Source of the DNA: Eledone cirrhosa
Taxonomy: Eukaryota
Reading direction: 5' to 3'
Assembly (NCBI GenBank): GCA_964016885.1
Contig: CAXHJY010000329.1
Span: 1-64,000, forward strand
DNA: 64,000 bases
Every line of letters starts with the position of its first letter. The first letter of the stretch is position 1. Of the stretch, positions 1 through 10,700 are shown piece by piece. The notes below the pieces were generated by a model that worked only from the letters and a program-made list of their open reading frames with translations, was not told where the DNA came from and did no database searches. A program made the position numbers and the translations under genes.

Positions 1-329
1 TGCTACCACCACTTCTACTACCACCACCACTACTTCTACCACCACTACTACAACCACTACTACTACAACCACTACTACTACAACCACTACTACTATCACC
101 ACTACTATCACCAAAACCACTACAACTACCACCACATCTACTACCACCATCACCACTACGACTACCACTAAAACCACCATCATCACCAGCACTACTAGCC
201 CCACCACCACCACAGCCAACACAACCACTACCAACAACCCCACTACCACTACCTCTACCATTACCAATACCACCACTACCACTACACCACCACCACCACC
301 ACCACCATTACAACAACAACAACAACACT
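1..329. repeat. Degenerate trinucleotide microsatellite (ACC/ACT/ACA mix, ending in (CCA)n and (CAA)n)
   Basis: Seen directly: nearly uninterrupted ACN triplets from 5 to ~286, then CCA and CAA runs to ~328. Truncated by the window start. Confidence 0.93.
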
Positions 330-681
330 ATTCACAAGAGAGAAAAATAAAATATACATGCCAAAAAGAAATTTTGAAAAATGTTAAAGACATTGAAATA
401 ATCTTAGTTTGTGTGTTTAGAGATCTAGGAAAGACGTGGCGAGAGAGGGGGAGGGGGGTACTAGAAAGAGAGAAGGGAGTGAATGAAAGAGAAAGAGAAA
501 GTTGTATCAGTAAAGGGAGTAAGTAAGGGAAGAGTGAGTGGGAGAAAGAGAGAGAGAGAGAGAGAGGTATCAGGAAAGGAAAGAGAGTGAGAGAGAGAGA
601 AGAATCTGAAAAGAGAGTGAGAGTGGGAGAAAGAGACAGTGATATCAGTAAAATGAGTGAGAGAGGGTGAGAGAGAAGGAC

Positions 682-854
682 AAAGAGAGGTGTATCAGGA
701 AAGAGAGTGTTAGAGAGAGAGAGAGAGGGAGAGGTGGAAACCAGAAATAGAGTGGGAGGGGGAGAAAGAGAGGTGTATCAGGAAAGAGAGTGTTAGAGAG
801 AGAGAGAGAGGGAGAGGCGGAAACCAGAAATAGAGTGGGAGGGGAGAAAGAGAG
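682..854 (+). repeat. 83-bp tandem duplication (2 copies) inside the GA tract
   Basis: AAAGAGAGGTGTATCAGGAAAGAGAGTGTTAG(AG)n GGAGAGGYGGAAACCAGAAATAGAGTGGGAGGGG starts at 682 and again at 765; TGTATC lies at 691 and 774 (offset 83). Confidence 0.88.
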
Positions 855-1039
855 TGAGGTATTAGGAAAAGAGAATGAGCCAGAGTGAGAGGGATAGAAA
901 AAAGAGTTGGCGAGAGGGAGGCTGGAACCAGAAAGTGAATGAGAGATGAGAGAGAGGGAGAAAGTGAGGGGGGTTTCAGGAAAGGAAACAGAGGGAGAGG
1001 GGGAAAGAGGGATATAAAGAGTGATAGAGAGAAAGAGAG

Positions 1040-1245
1040 AGAGAGAAGTGAATCAGGAGAAAGAGAAAGAGAGAGAGGTGAATCAGGCGAGAGAGAAAGA
1101 GAGAAAGGTGGATCAAGCGAGAGAGAGAGGAGAGAAAGAGGTGGGTCAGGAGAGAGAAACATCAAGGGGTGGATCAGGCGAGGGAGAGAGAGAGGTGGAT
1201 CAGGCAAGAGAGAGGAGAGATAGAGAGAGGTGGATCAAGTGAGAG
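1040..1245 (+). repeat. Degenerate ~30-bp minisatellite with core GTGRRTCARG separated by GA spacers
   Basis: Core seen at about 1048, 1078, 1108, 1141, 1169, 1195 and 1230, spaced roughly 26-35 bp apart. Confidence 0.7.
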
Positions 1246-1380
1246 AGAGAGAGAGTGAGAGAAAGAGCAATATTAGACTATAGAATGCCATGAATATATA
1301 TTACATTGTGGAATATAGAATATTTTAAATTAAAAAAACTATATTCTGCTTTCTTTTCCTCCACTCACTCCTCTTTATCA

Positions 1381-1603
1381 TTGGTAGTATCAGTAGAGGA
1401 TCGGACGCCATGCTTTGCAACATAGAGTTACGGCCCTTTATGATCTGAGTTCAAATCCCACGGAGGTTAACTTTGCCTTTCATCCATACAGGGTCGATAA
1501 AATAAAGCAGCCGTAACGTACTGAGGTCGATTTAACCGACTTTCCCCTCCCCCTAACTTACTGGCCTTGTGCCTAAATTAGAAATCATTATGATTATTAT
1601 TGT
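1381..1603 (+). mobile_element. Diverged tRNA-derived SINE, probably of an octopus/cephalopod-type family
   Basis: Seen: degenerate A-box-like start TGGTAGTATCAG (1382), B box GAGTTCAAATCCC (1447-1459), body AACTTTGCCTTTCATCC..GGGTCGATAAAATAA, 3' CTGGCCTTGTGCCTAAATTAGAAA and an (ATT)-type tail. The A box/B box/body/simple-repeat-tail layout is the established SINE architecture. The family and host assignment are from recall, not a search. Confidence 0.82.
1447..1459 (+). promoter_or_regulatory. RNA polymerase III B box of the SINE
   Basis: GTTCAAATCC at 1449-1458 matches the consensus GTTCRANNC, ~65 nt after the A-box-like motif. Confidence 0.75.
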
Positions 1604-1604
1604 T
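1584..1604 (+). repeat. Degenerate (ATT)n SINE tail
   Basis: ATC ATT ATG ATT ATT ATT GTT directly after the SINE 3' end. Confidence 0.7.
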
Positions 1605-1646
1605 AAGGGTGGTGGATTGGCAGAATGGGTGGAGCATCAGACACCA
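1605..1646 (+). mobile_element. Probable 5' head of a second SINE copy, continuous with the first satellite monomer
   Basis: A single-copy leader AAGGGTGGTGGA (1605-1616) precedes TTGGCAGAATGG and resembles a tRNA-type 5' leader (GG-rich, then A box). Bases 1617-1646 match 1381-1410 at 22/30 without gaps. Inference. Confidence 0.6.
1618..1628 (+). promoter_or_regulatory. Pol III A-box motif (first copy; recurs at monomer positions 2-12 in most units)
   Basis: TGGCAGAATGG matches TRGCNNARYGG at all 11 positions. Motif match only; function unproven. Confidence 0.5.
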
Positions 1647-2908
1647 GAGTTATGGTTTATACGCCCTGTTATTAGACGATAATATTGGCAGAATGGGTGG
1701 AGCATCAGACACCAGAGTTATGGTTTATACGCCCTGTTATTAGACTATAATATTGGCAGAATGGGTGGAGCGTCAGACACCAGAGTTATGGTTTATACGC
1801 CCTGTTATTAGACTATAATATTGGCAGAATGGGTGGAGCGTCAGACAACAGAGTTATGGTTTATACGCACTGTTATTAGACTATAATATTGGCAGAATGG
1901 GTGGAGCGTCAGACACCAGAGTTATGGTTTATACGCCCTGTTATTAGACTATAATATTGGCAGAATGGGTGGAGCATCAGGCGCCAGAGTTATGGTTTAT
2001 ACGCCCTGTTATTAGACTATAATATTGGCAGAATGGGAGGAGCGTCAGACAACAGAGTTATGGTTTATACGCCCTGTTATTAGACTATAATATTGGCAGA
2101 ATGGGTGGCGCGTCAGACACCAGAGTTATGGTTTATGCGCCCTGTTATTAGACTATAATATTGGCAGAATGGGTGGAGCGTCAGACAACAGAGTTATGGT
2201 TTATACGCCCTATTATTAGACTATAATATTGGCAGAATGGGTGGAGCATCAGACACCAGAGTTATGGTTTATACGCCCTGTTATTAGACTATAATATTGG
2301 CAGAATGGGTGGAGCGTCAGACACCAGAGTTATGGTTTATACGCCCTGTTATTAGACTATAATATTCGCAGAATGGGTGGAGCATCAGACACCAGAGTTA
2401 TGGTTTATACGCCCTGTTATTAGACTATAATATTGGCAGAATGGGTGGAGCATTAGACACCAGAGTTATGGTTTATACGCCCTGTTATTAGACTATAATA
2501 TTGGCAGAATGGGTGGAGCGTCAGACAACAGAGTTATGGTTTATACGCCCTGTTATTAGACTATAATATTGGCAGAATGGGTGGAGCGTCAGACAACAGA
2601 GTTATGGTTTATACGCCCTGTTATTAGACTATCATATTGGCAGAATGGGTGGAGCGTCAGACAACAGAGTTATGGTTTATACGCCCTGTTATTAGACTAT
2701 AATATTGGCAGAATGGGTGGAGCGTCAGACACCAGAGTTATGGTTTATACGCCCTGTTATTAGACTATAATATTGGCAGAATGGGTGGAGCGTCAGACAA
2801 CAGAGTTATGGTTTAGACGCCCTGTTATTAGACTATAATATTGGCAGAATGGGTGGAGCGTCAGACAACAGAGTTATGGTTTATACGCCCTGTTATTAGA
2901 CTATAATA

Positions 2909-4745
2909 TTGGCAGAATGGGTGGAGCGTCAGACAACAGAGTTATGGTTTATACGCTCTGTTATCAGACTATAATATTGGCAGAATGAGTGGAGCGTCAG
3001 ACACCAGAGTTATGGTTTATACGCCCTGTTATTAGACTATAATATTGGCAGAATGGGTGGAGCGTCAGACAACAGAGTTATGGTTTATACGCCCTGTTAT
3101 TAGACTATAATATTGGCAGAATGGGTGGAGCGTCAGACAACAGAGTTATGGTTTATACGCCCTGTTATTAGACTATAATATTGGCAGAATGGGTGGAGCG
3201 TCAGACAACAGAGTTATGGTTTATACGCCCTGTTATTAGACTATAATATTGGCAGAATGGGTGGAGCGTCAGACAACAGAGTTATGGTTTATACGCACTG
3301 TTATTAGACTATAATATTGGCAGAATGGGTGGAGCGTCAGACACCAGAGTTATGGTTTATACGCCCTGTTATTAGACTATAATATTGGCAGAATGGGTGG
3401 AGCGTCAGACAACAGAGTTATGGTTTATACGCCCTGTTATTAGACTATAATATTGGCAGAATGGGTGGAGCATCAGGCACCAGAGTTATGGTTTATACGC
3501 CCTGTTATTAGACTATAATATTGGCAGAATGGGAGGAGCGTCAGACAACAGAGTTATGGTTTATACGCCCAGTTATTAGACTATAATATTGGCAGAATGG
3601 GTGGAGCGTCAGACAACAGAGTTATGGTTTATACGCCCTGTTATTAGACTATAATATTGGCAGAATGGGTGGAGCGTCAGACACCAGAGTTATGGTTTAT
3701 ACGCCCTGTTATTAGACTATAATATTGGCAGAATGGGTGGAGCGTCAGACACCAGAGTTATGGTTTATACGCCCTGTTATTAGACTATAATATTGGCAGA
3801 ATGGGTGGAGCATCAGACACCAGAGTTATGGTTTATACGCCCTGTTATTAGACTATAATATTGGCAGAATGGGTGGAGCATCAGACACCAGAGTTATGGT
3901 TTATAGGCCCTGTTATTAGACTATAATATTGGCAGAATGGGTGGAGCGTCAGACAACAGAGTTATGGTTTATACGCTCTGTTATCAGACTATAATATTGG
4001 CAGAATGAGTGGAGCGCCAGACACCAGAGTTATGGTTTATACGCCCTGTTATTAGACTATAATATTGGCAGAATGGGTGGAGCGTCAGACAACAGAGTTA
4101 TGGTTTATACGCCCTGTTATTAGACTATAATATTGGCAGAATGGGTGGAGCGTCAGACAACAGAGTTATGGTTTATACGCCCTGTTATTAGACTATAATA
4201 TTGGCAGAATGGGTGGAGCGTCAGACAACAGAGTTATGGTTTATACGCCCTGTTATTAGACTATAATATTGGCAGAATGGGTGGAGCGTCAGACAACAGA
4301 GTTATGGTTTATACGCACTGTTATTAGACTATAATATTGGCAGAATGGGTGGAGCGTCAGACACTAGAGTTATGGTTTATACGCCCTGTTATTAGACTAT
4401 AATATTGGCAGAATGGGTGGAGCGTCAGACAACAGAGTTATGGTTTATACGCCCTGTTATTAGACTATAATATTGGCAGAATGGGTGGAGCATCAGGCAC
4501 CAGAGTTATGGTTTATACGCCCTGTTATTAGACTATAATATTGGCAGAATGGGAGGAGCGTCAGACAACAGAGTTATGGTTTATACGCCCTGTTATTAGA
4601 CTATAATATTGGCAGAATGGGTGGAGCGTCAGACAACAGAGTTATGGTTTATACGCCCTGTTATTAGACTATAATATTGGCAGAATGGGTGGAGCGTCAG
4701 ACACCAGAGTTATGGTTTATACGCCCTGTTATTAGACTATAATAT
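2909..4745 (+). repeat. Higher-order duplication, period 1020 bp (15 monomers)
   Basis: Markers GCTCTGTTATC+GAATGAGT (~2955/3975), GCACTG (~3295/4315), CATCAGGC (~3471/4491) and GGGAGG (~3531/4551) all recur at +1020. Confidence 0.85.
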
Positions 4746-7700
4746 TGGCAGAATGGATGGAGCGTCACACACCAGAGTTATGGTTCATACGCCCTGTTAT
4801 TAGACTATAATATTGGCAGAATGGGTGGAGCGTCAGACACCAGATTTATGGTTTATACGCCCAGTTATTAGACTATAATATTGGCAGAATGGGTGGAGCG
4901 TCAGACAAAAGAGTTATAGTTTATACGCCCTGTTATTAGACTATAATATTGGCAGAATGTGTGGAGCGTCAGACAACAGAGTTATGGTTTATACGCCCTG
5001 TTATTAGACTATAATATTGGCAGAATCTGTGGAGCGTCAGACCAGAGAGTTATGGTTTATACGCCCTGTTATTAGACTATAATATTGGCAGAATGGGTGG
5101 AGCGTCGGACAACAGAGTTATGGTTTATACGCCCTGTTATTAGACTATACTATTGGCAGAATGGGTGGAGCGTCAGACAACAGAGTTATGGTTTATACGC
5201 CCTGTTATTAGACTATAATATTGGCAGAATGGGTGGAGTGTCAGACAACAGAGTTATGGTTTATACGCCCTGTTATTAGACTATAATATTGGCAGAATGG
5301 GTGGAGCGTCAAACAACAGAATTATGGTTTATACGCCCTGTTATTAGACTATAATATTGGCAGAATGGGTGGAGCGGCAGACAACAGAGATATGGTTTAT
5401 ACGCCCTGCTATTAGACTATAATATTGGCAGAATCTGTGGAGCGTCAGACAATAGAGTTATGGTTTATACGGCCTGTTATTATACTATAATATTGGCAGA
5501 ATGGGTGGAGCGTCAGACACCAGAGTTATGGTTTATACGCCCTGTTATTAGACTATAATATTGGCAGAATGGGTGGAGCGTCAGACACCAGAGTCATGGT
5601 TTATACACCCTGTTATTAGACTATCATATTGGCAGAAAGGGTGGAGCGTCAGACAACAGAGTTATGGTTTATGCGCCCTGTTATTAGACTATAATATTGG
5701 CAGAATGGGTGGAGCGTCAGACGCCAGAGATATGGTTTATACGCCCTGTTATTAGACTATAATATTGGCAGAATCAGTGGAGCGTCAGACACCAAAGTTA
5801 TGGTTTATACGCCCTGTTATTAGACTATAATATTGGCAGAATGGGTGGAGCATCAGACACCAGAGTTATGGTTTATACGCCCTGTTATTAGACTATAATA
5901 TTGGCAGAATGGGTGGAGCGTCAGTCAACAGAGTTATGGTTTATACGCCCTGTTATTAGACTATAATATTGGCAGAATGGGTGGAGCGTCAGACACCAGA
6001 GTTATGGTTTATACGCCCTGTTATTAGACTATAATATTGGCAGAATGGGTGGAGCGTCAGACAACAGAGTTATGGTTTATACGCCCTGTTATTAGACTAT
6101 AATATTGGCAGAATGGGTGGAGCGTCAGACAACAGAGTTATGGTTTATACGCCCTGTTATTAGACTATAATATTGGCAGAATGGGTGGAGCGTCAGACAC
6201 CAGAGATATGGTTTATACGCCCTATTATTAGACTATAATATTGGCAGAATTGGTGGAGCGTCAGACAACAGAGTTATGGATTATACGCCCTGTTATTAGA
6301 CTATAATATTGGCAGAATGGGTGGAGCATCAGACACCAGAGTTATGGTTTATACGCCCTGTTATTAGACTATAATATTGGCAGAATGGGTGGAGCATCAG
6401 ACACCAGAGTTATGGTTTATAGGCCCTGTTATTAGACTATAATATTGGCAGAATGGGTGGAGCGTCAGACACCAGAGTTATGGTTTATACGCCCTGTTAT
6501 TAGACTATAATATTGGCAGAATGGGTGGAGCGTCAGACAACAGAGTTATGGTTTATACGCCCTGTTATTAGACTATAATATTGGCAGAATGGGTGGAGCG
6601 TCAGACACCAGAGTTATGGTTTATAGGCCCTGTTATTAGACTATAATATTGGCAGAATGGGTGGAGCGTCAGACAACAGAGTTATGGTTTATACGCCTTG
6701 TTATTAGACTATAATATTGGCAGAATGGGTGGAGCGTCAGACACCAGAGTTATGGTTTATACGCCCTGTTATTAGACTATAATATTGGCAGAATGGGTGG
6801 AGCGTCAGACACCAGAGTTATGGTTTATAGGCCCTGTTATTAGACTATAATATTGGCAGAATGGGTGGAGCGTCAGACAACAGAGTTATGGTTTATACGC
6901 CTTGTTATTAGACTATAATATTGGCAGAATGGGTGGAGCGTCAGACAACAGAGTTATGGTTTATACGTCCGGTTATTAGACTATAATATTGGCAGAATGG
7001 GTGGAGCGTCAGACACCAGAGTTATGGTTTATACGCCCTGTTATTAGACTATAATATTGGCAGAATGGGTGGAGCGTCAGACACCAGAGTTATGGTTTAT
7101 ACGCCCTGTTATTAGACTATAATATTGGCAGAATGGGTGGAGCATCAGACACCAGAGTTATGGTTTATACGCCCTGTTATTAGACTATAATATTGGCAGA
7201 ATTGTTGGAGCGTCAGACAACAGAGTTATGGTTTATACGCCCTGTTATTAGACTATAATATTGGCAGAATGGGTGGAGCGTCAGACAACAGAGTTATGGT
7301 TTATACGCCCTGTTATTAGACTATAATATTGGCAGAATGGGTGGGGCGTCAGACAACAGAGTTATGGTTTATACGCCCTGTTATTAGACTATAATATTGG
7401 CAGAATGGGTGGAGCGTCAGACACCAGAGTTATGGTTTATACGCCCTGTTATTAGACTATAATATTGGCAGAATGGGTGGAGCATCAGACACCAGAGTTA
7501 TGGTTTATACGCCCTGTTATTAGACAATAATATTGGCAGAATGGGTGGAGCGTCAGACAACAGAGTTATGGTTTATACGCCCTGTTATTAGACTATAATA
7601 TTGGCAGAATGGGTGGAGCGTCAGACAACAGAGTTATGGCTTATACGCCCTGTTATTAGACTATAATATTGGCAGAATGGGTGGAGCGTCAGACACCAGT

Positions 7701-10700
7701 GTTATGGTTTATACGCCCTGTTATTAGACTATAATATTGGCAGAATTGGTGGAGCGTCAGACAATAGAGTTATAGTTTATACGCCCTGTTATTAGGCTAT
7801 AACATTGGCAGAATGGGTGGAGCGTCAGACACCAGATTTATGGTTTATACGCCCAGTTATTAGACTATAATATTGGCAGAATGGGTGGAGCGTCAGACAA
7901 CAGAGTTATAGTTTATACGCCCTGTTATTAGACTATAATATTGGCAGAATGTGTGGAGCGTCTGACACCAGAGTTATGGTTTATACGCCCTGTTATTAGA
8001 CTATAATATTGGCAGAATGTGTGGAGCGTCAGACAACAGAGTTATGGTTTATACGCCCTGTTATTAGACTATAATATTGGCAGAATGTGTGGAGCGTCAG
8101 ACAACAGAGTTATGGTTTATACGCCCTGTTATTAGACTATAATATTGGCAGAATCTGTGGAGCGTCAGACCAGAGAGTTATGGTTTATACGCCCTGTTAT
8201 TAGACTATAATATTGGCAGAATGGGTGGAGCGTCGGACAACAGAGTTATGGTTTATACGCCCTGTTATTAGACTATACTATTGGCAGAATGGGTGGAGCG
8301 TCAGACAACAGAGTTATGGTTTATACGCCCTGTTATTAGACTATAATATTGGCAGAATGGGTGGAGTGTCAGACAACAGAGTTATGGTTTATACGCCCTG
8401 TTATTAGACTATAATATTGGCAGAATGGGTGGAGCGTCAGACAACAGAGTTATGGTTTATACGCCCTGTTATTAGACTATAATATTGGCAGAATGGGTGG
8501 AGCGTCAGACAACAGAGTTATGGTTTATACGCCCTGCTATTAGACTATAATATTGGCAGAATCTGTGGAGCGTCAGACAATAGAGTTATGGTTTATACGC
8601 CCTGTTATTAGACTATAATATTGGCAGAATGGGTGGAGCGTCAGACAACAGAGTTATGGTTTATACGCCCTGTTATTAGACTATAATATTGGCAGAATGG
8701 GTGGAGCGGCAGACAACAGAGATATGGTTTATACGCCCTGCTATTAGACTATAATATTGGCAGAATCTGTGGAGCGTCAGACAATAGAGTTATGGTTTAT
8801 ACGGCCTGTTATTATACTATAATATTGGCAGAATGGGTGGAGCGTCAGACACCAGAGTTATGGTTTATACGCCCTGTTATTAGACTATAATATTGGCAGA
8901 ATGGGTGGAGCGTCAGACACCAGAGTCATGGTTTATACGCCCTGTTATTAGACTATCATATTGGCAGAAAGGGTGGAGCGTCAGACAACAGAGTTATGGT
9001 TTATGCGCCCTGTTATTAGACTATAATATTGGCAGAATGGGTGGAGCGTCAGACACCAGAGATATGGTTTATACGCCCTGTTATTAGACTATAATATTGG
9101 CAGAATCAGTGGAGCGTCAGACACCAAAGTTATGGTTTATACGCCCTGTTATTAGACTATAATATTGGCAGAATGGGTGGAGCATCAGACACCAGAGTTA
9201 TGGTTTATACGCCCTGTTATTAGACTATAATATTGGCAGAATGGGTGGAGCGTCAGTCAACAGAGTTATGGTTTATACGCCCTGTTATTAGACTATAATA
9301 TTGGCAGAATGGGTGGAGCGTCAGACACCAGAGTTATGGTTTATACGCCCTGTTATTAGACTATAATATTGGCAGAATGGGTGGAGCGTCAGACAACAGA
9401 GTTATGGTTTATACGCCCTGTTATTAGACTATAATATTGGCAGAATGGGTGGAGCGTCAGACAACAGAGTTATGGTTTATACGCCCTGTTATTAGACTAT
9501 AATATTGGCAGAATGGGTGGAGCGTCAGACACCAGAGATATGGTTTATACGCCCTATTATTAGACTATAATATTGGCAGAATTGGTGGAGCGTCAGACAA
9601 CAGAGTTATGGATTATACGCCCTGTTATTAGACTATAATATTGGCAGAATGGGTGGAGCATCAGACACCAGAGTTATGGTTTATACGCCCTGTTATTAGA
9701 CTATAATATTGGCAGAATGGGTGGAGCATCAGACACCAGAGTTATGGTTTATAGGCCCTGTTATTAGACTATAATATTGGCAGAATGGGTGGAGCGTCAG
9801 ACACCAGAGTTATGGTTTATACGCCCTGTTATTAGACTATAATATTGGCAGAATGGGTGGAGCATCAGACACCAGAGTTATGGTTTATACGCCCTGTTAT
9901 TAGACTATAATATTGGCAGAATGGATGGAGCGTCAGACACCAGAGTTATGGTTTGTACGCCCTGTTATTAGACTATAATATTGGCAGAATGTGTGGAGCA
10001 TCAGGCACCAGAGTTATGATTTATACGCCCTGTTACTAGACTATAATATTGGCAGAATGGGTGGAGCGTCAGACAACAGAGTTATGGTTTATACGTCCGG
10101 TTATTAGACTATAATATTGGCAGAATGGGTGGAGCGTCAGACACCAGAGTTATGGTTTATACGCCCTGTTATTAGACTATAATATTGGCAGAATGGGTGG
10201 AGCGTCAGACACCAGAGTTATGGTTTATACGCCCTGTTATTAGACTATAATATTGGCAGAATGGGTGGAGCGTCAGACAACAGAGTTATGGTTTATACGC
10301 CCTGTTATTAGACTATAATATTGGCAGAATGGGTGGAGCGTCAGACACCAGAGTTATGGTTTATATTCCCTGTTATTAGACTATAAGATTGGCAGAATGG
10401 GTGGAGCGTCAGACAACAGAGTTATGGTTTATACGCCCTGTTATTAGACTATAATATTGGCAGAATGGGTGGAGCGTCAGACAACAGAGTTATGGTTTAT
10501 ACGCTCTGTTATCAGACTATAATATTGGCAGAATGGGTGGAGCGTCAGACACCAGAGTTATGGTTTATATGCCCTGTTATTAGACTATAAGATTGGCAGA
10601 ATGGGTGGAGCGTCAGACAACAGAGTTATGGTTTATGCGCCCTGTTATTAGACTGTAATATTGGCAGAATGGTTGGAGCGTCAGACAACAGAGTTATGGT

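Larger units (their letters stand above)
440..1268. repeat. GA-rich polypurine low-complexity tract with (GA)n runs
   Basis: Seen directly: (GA)n runs at ~548-565, ~712-726, ~795-810 and ~1241-1254, with strong purine bias on the + strand throughout. Confidence 0.93.

Noticed and set aside
710-1242. ORFs 710-1207(-), 939-1223(+), 1021-1242(+)
   Set aside because: LS- and RE-rich translations of (GA)n low-complexity DNA with no recognisable domain.
1617-1752. Hammerhead ribozyme satellite on the minus strand (CTGAYG...)
   Set aside because: The minus strand reads CTGAYGC and TAAAC rather than the required CUGANGA and GAAA, and I find no three supporting stems.
1617-1752. Tandem tRNA gene array (tRNA-sized unit with A box)
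   Set aside because: No TpsiC/B box, no 7-bp acceptor stem and no cloverleaf; only 4-5 bp pairings such as GGTG/CACC and AACAG/CTGTT.
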